64,000 nucleotides of DNA from Octopus sinensis. Taxonomy: Eukaryota. The DNA is taken from contig NW_021832602.1 in the NCBI RefSeq assembly GCF_006345805.1, positions 230,243 to 294,242 on the forward strand. The letters are read 5' to 3'. The translations under genes were made by a program, and so were the position numbers. Of this stretch, positions 50,001 to 63,085 are shown piece after piece; the first letter of the stretch is position 1; the number at the start of each line of letters is the position of its first letter. Below the pieces are notes generated by a model. It had not been told where the DNA came from, made no database searches, and was given only the letters and a program-made list of their open reading frames with translations.

Positions 50001-50210
50001 AAGGCAAAAATCTCACGTATTAAGAATATCCTTGATGAAAACGACAGCGAGAATATTAACAATGATGAACTCCCAATTATTCGCGATAAAGAAATTCAAT
50101 TCATCCTATGTTTTTCTCTTTAAAATTAAATGCATATATCATTATCGACCATGAATCAAAATTAAAGCTATTATCATATTTGACTTTGACAGAATGTGCA
50201 ATCACAGATT

Positions 50211-50414
50211 GCACGACTTTGAATAGAGTGTGCAATTAACAGATTTTGAAAAACACTTTGATAGTTGAAACCACATTAGCACAATCATTAACACAATTTA
50301 CCACCAATTGACGCACGACCTTGAATAGAGTGTGCAATTAACAGATTTTGAAAAACACTTTGATAGTTGAAACCACATTAGCACAACCATTAACACAATT
50401 TACCACCAATTGAC
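50211..50414 (+). repeat. Two-copy 102-bp tandem duplication inside the Helitron
   Basis: gcacgac...ccaccaattgac occurs at 50211 and 50313. Confidence 0.9.
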
Positions 50415-52599
50415 AGCGCAATCAGAAGAATTTGCGTAAAAATATTAACTATTTACTTGAGTTTTTCGTAAAGATAGAATTTATTTTCGGTATGCCTCTT
50501 TTCCTAAACTTTTTTATTATTCAAAAATAATTTTTTAAATAGATAACCGAAGGAGGAAAAACGAAGCTGAAGAAAAAACGGTCAGCTTAATAAGGTAATT
50601 AATTAAATCTTTTTTGTGTGTCGCTTTCTTGCCTGCCGCATCTCCCCCTGCCCCATTTCCGCCAGTAAAAAACAAAAAAATAAAAAAAGAAAAAAAAGGA
50701 AATTACAAAGGAAAAATGAAAAAATTAAATATAAAAAAAATAGACCACAAAAAATGAAAAAAAAAGTTTGCAATGACAATAAACAAGGCCCAGGGACAGT
50801 CATTAAAGGTAGTTGGGTTATTTTTAGAGAGTGAGTGCTTTTCACATGGACAGCTGTATGTGGGATGCTCGAGGGTAGGCAGAAGAGAAAATTTATTCAT
50901 ATATGCCAAGGAAGGACGGACGACAAACATCGTTTATCAACAGGCGATAGAATAGGGTTACATTAAACCAGGTAGTTTTATACATCTACATAAACTTATA
51001 GTTGTTTGATGAAACAGGCCCTCCGCAGGAGCTAGGTCGCGGTGAGCGAAGCGAGCTGCCGAGCTAGTAAAATTTAAAAATGAAAACCTGACACAATTCA
51101 GGGGAGAAAAATCTATAAAAATGAAATTCCCGAAATTATGTGAAAAAATGATGCCAATAATATTATGTTTTCCTACGTCATACTGCGTAGAGAGAGGATT
51201 CAGCACTCTGAATAGTATGATCGGAAAAAAAAGAAACAAACTAAATATAGAAGAAAGAGGCGACATTAGAATTACACTTACGAAAAGAAGTACAAATTTT
51301 GAAAAACTTGTCAATCTTCATCAACCACAAGGATCTCATTAAAACTCTTATTTTTTAAATAAAAATTTTTACTACTGAAATAAGGGGGCGATATAAAAAT
51401 TGGAGGGGCGAAAAAAATTCCAAGGGGGCGATACAAAAATAAAGGTTGAGAACCACTTATCTAGAACCACTCCAAAGTGATTTTTAGCAGAATTTGCGTA
51501 GTTATTGAATAGTCCTTAATAAATATCTACTTTTTAAATATGTCTGATACAATGCTGCATCCAACTCAATACTTAATGAAAAATTTTTGTGTAAGCTTAA
51601 ATGTTTGGTTCAATTCATTCATTTATTCGCAGCGTAATCGTTTCCTTCTGTAGTTTTTGTTTTTCAGTCTAGTTGTTCGCAATATATATTCTTTCGTTGT
51701 TTGCAAAAAACAATCAATATGATTAGATCAAATATTGATGTTAGAAGGCAGGTTCATGACCACTGAAAATTCAAGTTGGGACCAAAGGTGTTCTGAATAG
51801 CGGAAATCCGGTATTTGAAGGATAAAATAGCAGTGATGGCCTATGAGGTGAATAGGTACCATATCATTGTGGCAGAAGTATAAACCGATTTTTAGGGAAT
51901 TCTGGTATACTGAGTACTCGGTTTAGAGGAGTTTGACTGTATTTCGATACAAGTCAAAAAAAATCAAAAAAATATACAGAATAAACATGTACCTCTGGCA
52001 AGTAGCGAGAACATTTTCGTGTATGAGGATTCGAAAGATCCAGTCTTTCTGCAACTTTTGAAAAACAAACCTGATCGAGAAATGGCGCAATTAAACCTCA
52101 CAAATTTAAACCAGTTTTAGATAGGCTTTACTAAAAAGACTAAAAACATGATTAATATTGTTTATCTGATGTATGCGCATCATATGAAAGACTCATCATA
52201 AAAACAGTCGGGGAAAAAAGTAATCATTTGCGCATAATTCATAAAAAACTGATTAGAAAATGTACAAAGCATATGACAACATAAAAATCAAGTTATGCCT
52301 CTTAGTGCTTCTTATTATGTTGCAGCCAATACAACTAACGAAACTGCGAATAACACATGTGCAAAATTTATTTGATTAGTTGTATAAAAAACTATGTAAA
52401 AATAATTTAGTGTTAAATTATGCTTTGCTTATTACTCATACATTTAAATTTCCTTTATTATTTCATTATCTTCTAAATAAATATTTACATTTTTTATCTG
52501 TGCTAAACAACGATAAATAACTAAGATTTAAATTTTGAAGGTTTTTCGGTATTTTTAAATAAAATATCCATTTAAAATTCCGATGTACCGAAAATGCAG

Positions 52600-55500
52600 C
52601 TGCTTTCAAGGCAGAGTTCTCGAAAGCCAAAATGTTTTTCGAAGGCCGCCATAAATTTGCCTCAGTAACTATGAAAGCCTCTGTCTTGATCCTAAAGAAA
52701 ATCTTTCACTGGATCTCGAACAACGACCTCAACCTTAAATTCTCGAATCAGATATCAAGTTCGAAAGGTACTCTCGTAATCGAGCCGACATTCCGTTCGG
52801 AAAATTTTCGCTGGACTCCAGAACCGAGGCCAATATTCTCATCCGCTTTGGAATCACTGCGGGTTTAAGCCATATCCGTTGTGAATGGCACAACACTGCC
52901 CAAAATCGAAGCCAACCCCCAACGTCGCAGCTGCAAAAACATTAATTGCAACAACATTGGGCACCTGGCGTGCTACGGTTGATGCCCGTCTGCCAAAGCA
53001 GCAACAGCAGCCTAATTTAGGTATAGAAACGGAAACCCCCGGGATGCCGGTCACTGGACATAAAATGGGGCAGTTCCTTCACACCAGGAACCGGTTCATG
53101 CATGTTCTATCTTGAAAAACTCAGGTCCGCAACCTTACTATTATCGAGGACAAGTTATGTTAATTCCATTGTCTCGGAGTGAAAACCGATTCCTTTTGGC
53201 TAAAAGTCGAATGCTTATATTCCAAAAACTCCTCCTCCTGCACCAGTTTGATCAATCACTTCTTCTTAAGTACAGCTCACTGTCTTCTCGTTGGAGACCT
53301 AAACTCGAAGCACAGGGCATTTGACTGTCGGACGACCAACCAGGATGGTCGTACACTGAATAAAGTCACTGACAAGCTCAGTGTATTTGTCAGGACCTCA
53401 GAAGTCCCGAACCACCACTCGCCCAACGGCTCAGACAACTTTTGCTTAAGTATCTGCACGTACACTGTCGCCAACCTTATGAAAGAGCTCACAGTCCCTG
53501 ATGATATTGGGACCCACCACCTACCAATGGAGGTAAAATTCACGCCTGAATTGAAAGGCAAGAACGCGAATTTACTTGGTTCTCTCTTTTGAAGATCAGC
53601 TGGCCGCAGAAGCTTCTTTCTACGCGACAACAGTATCAGGGTCCGCTACAACTCAGCCCTCGATATTGACTCTGCGAGTAATGCAATAATCAAATTTATT
53701 CACCACTATCACACCAACTACGCAACCAAACTACGTGCTGGGCAGGCGGTGAAAACCAATCTGTGCGCGAAAGTGACTTGGAGAGAAAGCGCCTGAGAAA
53801 CAAACTTAGACGCTGTGTGGACCCCTTTGATCGGACCACGCTCAAGGACATGGTCTCTAAAATCAGTGGAAAAATAAATTTCAGGACAAAGGTGGACGCC
53901 GCCAGGAAATGGCAGAAGGCTTGTAAAAATTTTAACCACAAAAACCCAAACTTCTGGGACTGTTTTCACAAAGTGTCAAACCTCGCAGGAAAGTCCTCCC
54001 CGCCGAGGCTGCACAACCAATCCGGAATGCCTACCTCGCTGGAGGAGATTCCGAACATTTTCGCAGAATATTTGGCTGTAACCCAAAAGGCTTCTTAAGG
54101 GACGATGCAATTCTCAATGTCGAAGCCACTGTCGTGCCCATTGCCATCGGAACACTACCCAATCACCACAAGAGAGGTGACCTGGGATATCCGTTCGTCT
54201 AAAGACAACGCACCGGGCCACGACAAGCTCCCTATGCCAGGAGTGTCAAACTCATTTCTTCCGCGGGCCGGATTAAAAAAATTTTAGGCTCCGCGGGCCA
54301 GACTATTTATTTTTGATTTAACAAAATTCATACTATGATTTTTAATTTATAATTTAAAATCATTTAACAACACATTTATTAATTTTTATAATTAAAATAT
54401 GTTCCAAAAACTTGACATCTTTTTTTCTTCATAATAGCGTCAATATCTGGAGTGAAATCCTGAGTTACCGTCAATCTTGGAATCTCACTTAGATGAGTGT
54501 GGGTGAGTCTTGATCGAAATTTTGTTTTGTTTATGTTCATTAAAGAGAAAAGTTGTTCACATAGATATGTACTTCCAAACATTGACAAAATTTTTGCAGC
54601 TAAGGCTGTTAAGTTGGGATACTTCGGCAAGAGATATTTATAAAAGGTGTCTAAGCCCACCATAGTAAATTTATTCTTCAGATCTGAGTCACATTTCAAA
54701 TCAATAATTTCCAATTGTAAGTTAGCTGCAAGATGTGTAATATTTGCTGTGAATGGTGATCGAAAAACAGTAAATTCTTTTTCAAGTTCACGAAAAATTT
54801 CAAAACGTGTCTCAAACTGTTGAAGTAATCCTGTTATTTTCACTTTTTCACTTTCTTGTATTTTTATTTGGTGTTAAATAATAATTTTAGATTTTAAATA
54901 CACTTTTAAACTTTTACCGCGGGCCATTTGAGATCGTCCGCGGGCCAGCTCTGGCCCGGGGGCCGTATCTTTGACACCCCCGCCCTATGCGCTTGTTTAA
55001 TGAGGGATCCGAGGAATTACACAAGTTCCTGGCGCGACTGTTGTCGGCGAGTTTGAAATGGGGTCATGTCCCAAAAGCATCGAAAGTTTCTGAGGTCCGG
55101 ATGATCAAGAAACCTGGGAAGCCGATGAATCGAGCTAGTAGCTACTGTCCAATAAGTCTTATTCCAACCATATCAAGGCTAATGGAAAAAAATTATGGCA
55201 AAGCACGTCGATTTCCTGGCCGAAGAGAAAAACGTTCTGCTTACGCAGCAATGGGGTTTCCGCTCGGGACGGAGCTGCAGTGACTGTTTCATGACGGTGC
55301 AGTCCTCAGTCTTGAGAGCAATGGAATTCAAAGAAATTCTATCTCTCGTATGCTTAGACATCTCAAAGGCTTTCGACAGCGTTTGGCACCAAGACCTTTG
55401 GAAAGGATCCAACTCTGTAAACCAATGGAAGAGGTCTTCCTCTGGCTACAGTGCTTCCTCTCAAACCGTTACTTTTTTGTTCCCGAATGGGGCTATCGCT

Positions 55501-56312
55501 CCAGGAACATCACACTCCTCAGGGGGGTCCCACAAGGGTCCTACGTCAGTCCAGCGTTCTTCAATTTGGTAATGAGCAGTTTCCCTTTGCCCTCCGACCC
55601 CCGGAAAACTCTGATTTTAAATGCAGATGACGTCCTCTTCTTTGACACCTCAAAGGACGCAAAGAGCCTTTCCACCTACATTGAGGTGATAAAGGAGTGG
55701 TGCGCCAGCAAGCGGCTCTTGCTAGCAATGGACAAATTCGCTTACCTTGAAATAAACAAGAAAAAGTCACCAGATCAGAGTCCCGGGCCTCTAGCTGAAA
55801 TTGACCGCCCCAGCTGCATACGTTACCTGGTGCTTACAATTGACGCTAACCCGGGCTACTGTCTCCATGTCAAGAAAAAGAAAGCAAAAGCCATCGCAGC
55901 TTTCCGGCTCTTAAGAAACATGCATTTGAACCCAAGGACTTTCCTCTTTGTGTTCCACGCAATTACCCTAACCAGCGTGGTTCTACTCGAAAGATTTTGA
56001 GAAAATTAACAGGAAATACGAAAAAATTTGGTGCTATGTGCTGAAGCTAGCTTACAGGTTTGACCCACGAGGCCAGGTCCTAAGCTGGGGGGAGACTAAG
56101 TCCCCGGAGATACGGCAGGTCATCTAGTCTTTCCGGAAACGATCTCAAGTGACCGACCTATTTATCAGGACCGGTAACCGCCTCTCTTGCTCGAGACAGC
56201 AATTAAATGTTTCCTCAGAAGAGTTCGACTGCCTAGAGCAGTCATCTCGTTGTATCGGAAGTCAAAAATTTCTGTGACTGTCTTTGTTTTTACAATAAAA
56301 TTCTGTCTGTCA
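52600..56312 (+). mobile_element. Jockey/I-like LINE (ORF1 zinc-knuckle remnants, EN, RT), decayed and split by a hAT
   Basis: LLVGDLNSKH, IGTHHLP, CLDISKAFDSVWH, GVPQGSYVSP, NADD and IRYLVLTID. Confidence 0.88.
54238..54982 (-). mobile_element. Non-autonomous SPIN-like hAT inside the LINE
   Basis: TIRs caggagtgtcaaa/tttgacacccccg; TSD ccctatgc; MFGSTYLCEQLFS. Confidence 0.92.
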
Positions 56313-56536
56313 GGTTTTTGGTAACAATACTAAGAATCCCTCAATTACTTCTAAATGTCAAAAGTTGTATTGGTTAAAAGAAAATCGTTGGAATTAAAAA
56401 GAAGACTCGAATTTACTATTTATTTCGGTTTTTATTCATACCGAATACTTTTTTCATTAATATAAAGAAAATTAAGAAATTTTTAAACAAATTAATTAAA
56501 TTATTTCACTCAAGTTTTAATAAATTTTATTAGGCC

Positions 56537-58975
56537 ATGCTTTTTATACGTGTAATACGCCGTTCACTATTTTTACAAAGATTTACATCAAAAAGTAAAT
56601 ATAATTTAAATATCTAAATTATAGCACTACTACCTTCTACTTTCCAGCTTCCAATTATCTGCAAGAAGCTACAACACGATGCCACTACGCCTCCACAAAT
56701 AATCGGTAACATAACTACATTTTAACATGCAGGGGAGACGATAAAGGAGCCTTTTAAAACGGAGACTACAAAACTATTAAACCTCATTGCAAATTCTCTT
56801 TATTCTGACAAAGAAGTTATTCTTAATGCAAAAAATCCAGATTTTTTTGAGGGAGTTGATTTCCAATGCAAGTGACGCCCTCGAAAAGCTCCGTTATTTG
56901 TCGGCTGCAGGACACGAGATTTCCGATCCAGAAGTTCCATTAGAAATTAGAATTCACTGTGATCCTAAAACGAAAACTTTGATAATTCAAGTACGAAACA
57001 ATTTCCGATTTCTAAACTAACTTCTTTTTTACTTTAAAAGGACAGTGGTGTTGGAATGACACGAGAAGAGTTGGGATCCAATTTGGGGGTCATCGCAAAG
57101 TCAGGTTCCACGCAATTTCTGGAAAAAATGAAGTCGAATGAAACACTGATTGGTCAGTTTGGAGTCGGTTTTTATTCCTCGTTTATAACGGGCGAAAATG
57201 TTTATGTTTTTTCACGTTCTTATCAACCAAATTCGCCAGCGTGTTGTTGGCAGTCTGACGGGTTTTTTTATTCTAAAATTGCCAGAACTGGGGAGTTTTT
57301 CTTGTCAGAGGCCCAAGGAGTGGGTCGTGGGACAGTTATAAGAATCCATCTCAGAGAATCTGCCTCTGAATTTGCCGATGTGTCAAAAGTGACTGGTTTG
57401 CTGTGGATTTTTGATTTTTTAGAAATTGTAAAAAAGTATTGCAATTTTTTTACATTTCCAATTTATGTGAATGATAAGAAACTTGATTTGGTTGATGTAT
57501 GATTTATTGTATTACGTTTTCAGCCAATTTGGTTACAAGATCCCAAAATCTTGACTAAAGAAGATTATTCCAAGTTTTATCAATTTCTTTCTGGCCGAGG
57601 AGGTGGTTGGTCAAAAGATTTCAGATTCAATTTCCATTTTAAAGCAGAAGCGCCTACTTCTATGAGCGCAGTACTTTACGTTCCAAAAAACAAGCCAAGT
57701 TAGCGGTAGATAGTATATGAACATAGCTTTGTTCGAAATGGCACGAGAAGGGTCAGTTGGTGTCAGCCTGTATTGCAGAAAAGTGATGATTATGGACAAG
57801 GCAGATGACATTCTCCCACGATGGTTGAGGTTCTTGAAGGGTGATTGATGGGTTTTCTTTATTTTTAATAGGTGTTGTGAACTGTGAGGACATTCCGCTT
57901 AATATCAGTCGAGAAATGCTCCAGGATCACGCTCTCATTTCGTAAAGATTGTTAAATTGTATTTAAAGAAAGATAAAATCAACTGTGTCAATGAAAATTA
58001 TCAAATTTTTGCAAAAAATGGCAAATCAGGACCAGGAGCAATACTTGGAATTTTTTTCTGATTTTGGACTTTTTGTTCGCGAGGGTGTAGTCATGTCATC
58101 AGATCAGAGAGAACGCGTATGTGGAAATTTGACTTATTTTCAGGAAGAGATTGCTAAATTGTTGAGATTTGAATCTTCAAATATTACTTCCGGAGTGAAA
58201 ACAAGCCTCGAAGAGTACAGAAAGCGAATGCCCCCAGGAGAGAAAACTATTTACTATTTTTTGTCCCCAAAGTATTTGATTAGTCTTATCAAAGTCGGAG
58301 CATTGCAGAAAGTTCGCCATATATGGAAGGAATGTCCAAACGGAATGTAGAAGTTCTGTTTTGCACTGAACAACACGACGAACTGGTTTTGATGAATTTG
58401 GGGGAGTTCGATTCATGCACTTTAAAGTCAATCGAAAACGTCGGAGCGGGAAATGAAACGGGACCAGTACGACATGTCGAAACGATGGGTTGTGGATTGT
58501 TTTGTTCTTGCTTCAGATTCAAATCGACTCACGAACGAGGAGTCGAGTTCTTTGGTTTCGTGGATAAAAGAAGAATTGAAGGGAAAGGTCACGGATGTTC
58601 GAGTAATGACTTGTTCTGATGATTATCGGTAGACAACGGATGTTCTTGAAAGCCACCCCGTCGTTTTGACTGTAAAAGATTTGGGGGCAATTAGACATTT
58701 TTTGAGGACAACTATGACGGAGAAGGATGATGCGACTAAGCGTCAATTAATGCAGGGAATTTTAGAAATCAATCCAAAGTATGACGAGTTTTATTATTGA
58801 AAGGCATCCGATTGTCGTCAGACTACATGCGGTAAAGGATAGTGACAAGGAATTGGCAGTCATGTTGGTTAATCAGTTATACGAAAATGCACTAGCTAAT
58901 GCTGGTTTGTGCGAAGATCCAAAATTGTTGGTTCAAAAAATTAATCTTTTGGTTGCTAAATTATTGGAAAAATAA
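56537..58975 (+). CDS. TRAP1: Mitochondrial HSP90 (TRAP1/HSP75), about 14 mini-introns
   Basis: Presequence-like N-terminus; SLYSDKE|IFLRELISNASDALEKLR, DSGVGMT, IGQFGVGFYSSF, GRGT, EDIPLNISREMLQ, LEINP and LYENALANAG. Confidence 0.96.
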
Positions 58976-59099
58976 TAATTTTGACTCGTTAATAATCGTT
59001 GATTTCATGTTTTGTTGTTCGAAAAGATAGAATAAAAAATGAAACTTTCCATAATTTTAGTTTTGTTTATGGAATCGGTATTCGGTAGAATTCTTTGAA

Positions 59100-59750
59100 A
59101 AATTATTTAAGATAATGCCAGAAGTGATTGTTTGATTCGCTGCTAGGTGATATCCATCTCTTTATGGATTGGTTAAATGATTGAAATTAAATACTTCCTA
59201 AGTACCTTTCGACTTTACCTTATACCGAAGGACCTCGTGTCCGATCAAAAAATACTTGATTTTGAATAGTTCACACACTTCATTTAAATATGAGTTTTTA
59301 AACTCTGTTCCATTGTTAGTGTGCTATATAATTGCCGCCACAATTAAAAAGAAAATCTTCTTCAAGATATTGGAAATTTCAATTGCGGATTTTAATTTGA
59401 CAGTTTCAACCACACCAAATTTAGAGAAAGAGTCAATAAGTAAGACAATCTTCTATAAATATACACGAAGCCAGACCCATGAGAACGAATTGTTTATTTC
59501 CGAGTATGTTCGTATATCCACGAGATGGATATTATATCTGACCTGCTGCACATAAGCAATTAATGTCTGTGTGTTTGAGAGGTTTAGATGGCGTTAACCG
59601 TTTAGAATGCGAATTAAATTACTTAATTTACCTGAAAAAACGCACTGTCCGATAACTTTACAAATTTCTAGTCTTTCTACTCCATATATTTTAGATGATA
59701 ATAAAGTAAGAAGCATATCTGTACGAAAATGGTTAGAATTGTACTCATGC
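59100..59750 (-). mobile_element. Degraded Ginger2/KRBA2-like integrase core
   Basis: IHLVDIRTYS...LLIDSFSKF...LKSAIEISNILKKIF...HTNNGTEFKN. Confidence 0.65.
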
Positions 59751-60995
59751 TTAAAATTCTAACCAATACGTTTACCTCAATAGTTTTCATCTTTAATTCA
59801 GCTTCATCAGTAGCAAAGAATCTCAAAAGTTTCCCTTTTTTGAAAATAAAAAATTGAAATATCTTTAAAAAACTTTTGATGCAAACAGCTCTTTTCGCGA
59901 AAGATATGACTAATCTAAAACGAAATCTAAAAAATGGTGATGATTTGGATTCAAAGAACCGTGAATTTAGATAAAAATAGCGAAATTCATTTTTTATCAG
60001 TTCGAGTTAATTCATGGCGCATGGTCGTTGTCACCGTCTTCTCGTGAAATGAATCTGCATTTATTTTCCGCAAGCCTCATACACATCAACTTCAGTAGTA
60101 ATAAATGACCTTAGCCTCTACTCTTGGCCTCAAACATGCTCTCAATTTTGGCCATTGAAACTCTCACATCAGAGGCCATCTCAAACTGGCATCCTTCTAA
60201 ATATGGTTTTGGCCACATTCACTATTTCTCAACTCAATGAGACTTTTCACAGTTAGGGTCATAAGAATTGTATTATTAAATTCATTTAAAACCAGCATGA
60301 TTCTTCCACGCACATTTAAAAACTCAAATTATATATTTATTTATATTATGGAGTTTAGCCTATTAAATGGTAAACCTAAAACTATATAAATTCACATTGC
60401 TTAATTAACTGCGTCAACGAGTCGCATGTGTTTTTATTGCAAATATTAATTTTTTAGTTATAATTATTTCAATTCAAGGACTTTATGCATATTAATATTT
60501 GCTCAGAACCTTCTATGAATTAAACAATTGTTGGTTATGAGTTTTTTTCCCAATATTGTGATATGTATTATTTCTTTGTTTAATGAATTCTTTTTAATGA
60601 CCTAATTTTAAATCCTAATTCTCAAATTTAGTAATTTATTTTTAATGTTTTTTGAGTGCTATTACTCTAACAACATTTCTTAATGATTATTAAAGTCTTT
60701 TATACTTTTATTGTATGCCGAATTCTCATTTTATTAAATATAACAATTTCTATTATTTGATTTCCCCTTATTTATTTTTTGGTTGGCTTATCAGTGCTAA
60801 GTACAAATAGAGTGATATCGCAGGATAACGCAAGATAAGGCACGATTGTTGTAACTCATATCGTCTTTCCCGTATTATCAACGAACTATCTTTTGATTTA
60901 AATCCATTGTAAGAAAACTAACTCTCCATATGCTTCCTCGGTGATTAATGTTGCCAGTAGAGTTTTATCTTTATTTATTTTTACACGTTTCTCAA

Positions 60996-61364
60996 GAGAG
61001 AAAATTCGAAACCCAGCAAAATACAAACAGCGTAGAATTTTGACAATCGGAATGTTACTGTGGATATCATAGATTCTAAGTTTCCAAATTCAAGATATTC
61101 AAAGACTATGAACAAAAAATTCTGATTTTTTTAATATATTGGAACCATTGAGTAAAATGTGAATGAAGATGCGACAAAAATTTGTTATGTGACTTTTTCG
61201 CTATGGAAAAAATGTAAATCTCGTTTTTTAGCTTTATTCATTGTAATTCGGTGTTTTTCCCGCTCTTCTCTCTTGATGGCATATAATTTCTCATCTTTTT
61301 TGTATAAAGATACCTAAATAAATTATTATTGTATGTATTTCATACATTTCCGAAGTTTCTCTGC
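60996..61364 (-). pseudogene. Partial frameshifted duplicate of the PKN-like kinase (corresponds to about 3365-3740)
   Basis: Close nucleotide match including mini-introns; indels at AIK(E)EER; interrupted by a MITE. Confidence 0.85.
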
Positions 61365-61372
61365 ATTTAATC

Positions 61373-61773
61373 CAGCGGTTCTCAACCGTGGTCCCCAGAA
61401 AATTTTTAGTGGTCCCCAGGAATTTTCGAAAAATAAAAATATATTAAAGTTAAAACTAATTGTACAATTAAGTATAAATCAAAAACATTGAAATTAATCA
61501 AGCGGTTCTCAATCGTGGTCCCCAGAAAATTTTTAGTGGTCCCCAGGAATTTTCGAAAAATAAAAATATATTAAAGTTAAAACTAATTGTACAATTAAGT
61601 ATAAATCAAAAACATTGAAATTAATCAAGCGGTTCTCAATCGTGGTCCCCAGAAAATTTTTAGTGGTCCCAGGGAATTTTCGAAAAATAACAATATATTA
61701 AAATTAAAACTAATTGTACAAAATGTTATAGTGCAAAAGTGGTCCCCAGTCTAAAAAAGGTTGAGAACCGCTG
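61373..61773 (+). mobile_element. hAT MITE with its 5' 127 bp triplicated
   Basis: TIRs cagcggttctcaac/gttgagaaccgctg; TSD atttaatc; units at about 61373, 61500 and 61627. Confidence 0.9.
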
Positions 61774-61904
61774 ATTTAATCTAACATACAGTGGGCCCAA
61801 AAAGTCATGGCACCACTTAATAAATTTTAGTATTTTACGTTTTTACCCATAAAATATGAAGTATTTTGACTTTTAATTATTTTTTTTGTTTGGGATCGTT
61901 GTCG

Positions 61905-62045
61905 TGTCGAATCGAGATGGTTTTTCGAGCGGATATCCCTTGCGATAGTACGCTCTAATTCTTTCTCGATCGCGTCGGCTTCCCGCACTTGAAGCTTTTA
62001 ATTAATTAACTTGTAGTTATTGGTTGGTTTTCATTAAAAAAAAAG
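61905..62045 (+). mobile_element. CRE-like 3' end with poly(A)
   Basis: WFFERISLAIVRSNS followed by a 3' UTR and an A-run. Confidence 0.7.
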
Positions 62046-62439
62046 ATTGTACAATTAAGTATAAATCAAAAACATTGAAATTAATCTGATTTGATTAGCG
62101 TGGTTTATCATTCTAGTTATGGTTAACAAGAATCGTCGTCTTTGGTCGGATTCTTACGTACAATTTGGATTCACTAAATTCATTGCCCCAAATAATGAAA
62201 TAAAGGCAAAATGCATGATTTGCCATAAAATTTTGGGAAACAATTCACTGAAACCTCAGAAATCTCACTAAATTACTATTAAATTTTCTGTTATTTTTAT
62301 AATGTTCATGTTATTTTTATAATATGTCGCGAGCGCAGCGAGCGACCGAGCGCAGCGAGCGACCACTCAATTTCTAGATCCGATCAATCAAAAAATCTAT
62401 AAATTGACAACTACCCAGGAATGGAATGGAAAGTTTTAT

Positions 62440-63085
62440 TGTAAGTAAAACAGAGACTAAGTAAAAAGGTTGGACGAGGTTAAACGAGACGACTGCGAAG
62501 ACAGTCGAGCTCTGCCGAGATTCGTCCTAAGGGAATATATGAGCCGGGTTTTTGAAGAGTCACTCTCTGATTGAATTTCAGACGCGATCCACGAAAAGAT
62601 CGGTCACCTGAGACCGCCGACGAAAAGTTCGGATGGAATCAAGGATGACTTTCTCGATTAGTGGAGATTTCTCCTCTGCCCAGTTGGGTAGCGGGGCGCG
62701 TAGATCCAATCTGTACGCTAGCTTTAACGCATAGCGACGGATCTTCTCACATTTTTTCAATATTTTTCCGAATTGGTTTGAATAGTGCCACGCCTACATC
62801 CCATACAAGAGACTTGGGAGAATCGTCGCGCGAAAGACAAACAGAAAAGTGTCGGGGGCCAAATGCATACCCCTCAGGAAGCGAAGGGCCGCAACGGCCT
62901 TTTTCCTTTTTTGGGTGATGTGCAGTAAGTACTCCGAGTTAGAGTCTACCGTCAAGCCCAGATAGCGAATGTGGCTCGGGCGGGGAAGTCTTCTGAGAAT
63001 CTCAAGCTCTTGCCTCGATTTGCGCCGTGAGTTAATTTCAAGGTACGCCGACTTGTCCATAGCAATGGCAAAATGCAAAATACAA
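62440..63085 (-). mobile_element. 3' fragment of the same LINE family as 52600-56312
   Basis: AMDKSAYLEIN...IRYLGLTVDSN aligns with the ORF at 55350-56000. Confidence 0.85.

Larger units (their letters stand above)
48819..51067 (+). mobile_element. Non-autonomous Helitron
   Basis: A|TC 5' end (tcttaataataaaatgg) followed by a (TGTC)n tract; Pif1 tail TINKAQGQSL...FSHGQLYVGCSRVG; GC-rich subterminal segment and CTAG|T 3' end. Confidence 0.88.
47755..51458 (+). mobile_element. Buster-type hAT hosting a CRE fragment and a Helitron
   Basis: TIRs cagtggttctcaac/gttgagaaccactt; TSD atctagaa (47747-47754, 51459-51466). N-terminal BED ORF at 47977 and C-terminal FPTSYCVERGFS at 51121. Confidence 0.92.

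Noticed and set aside
50580-50780. Lys-rich and Phe-rich ORFs
   Set aside because: They come from low-complexity A-tracts inside the Helitron.
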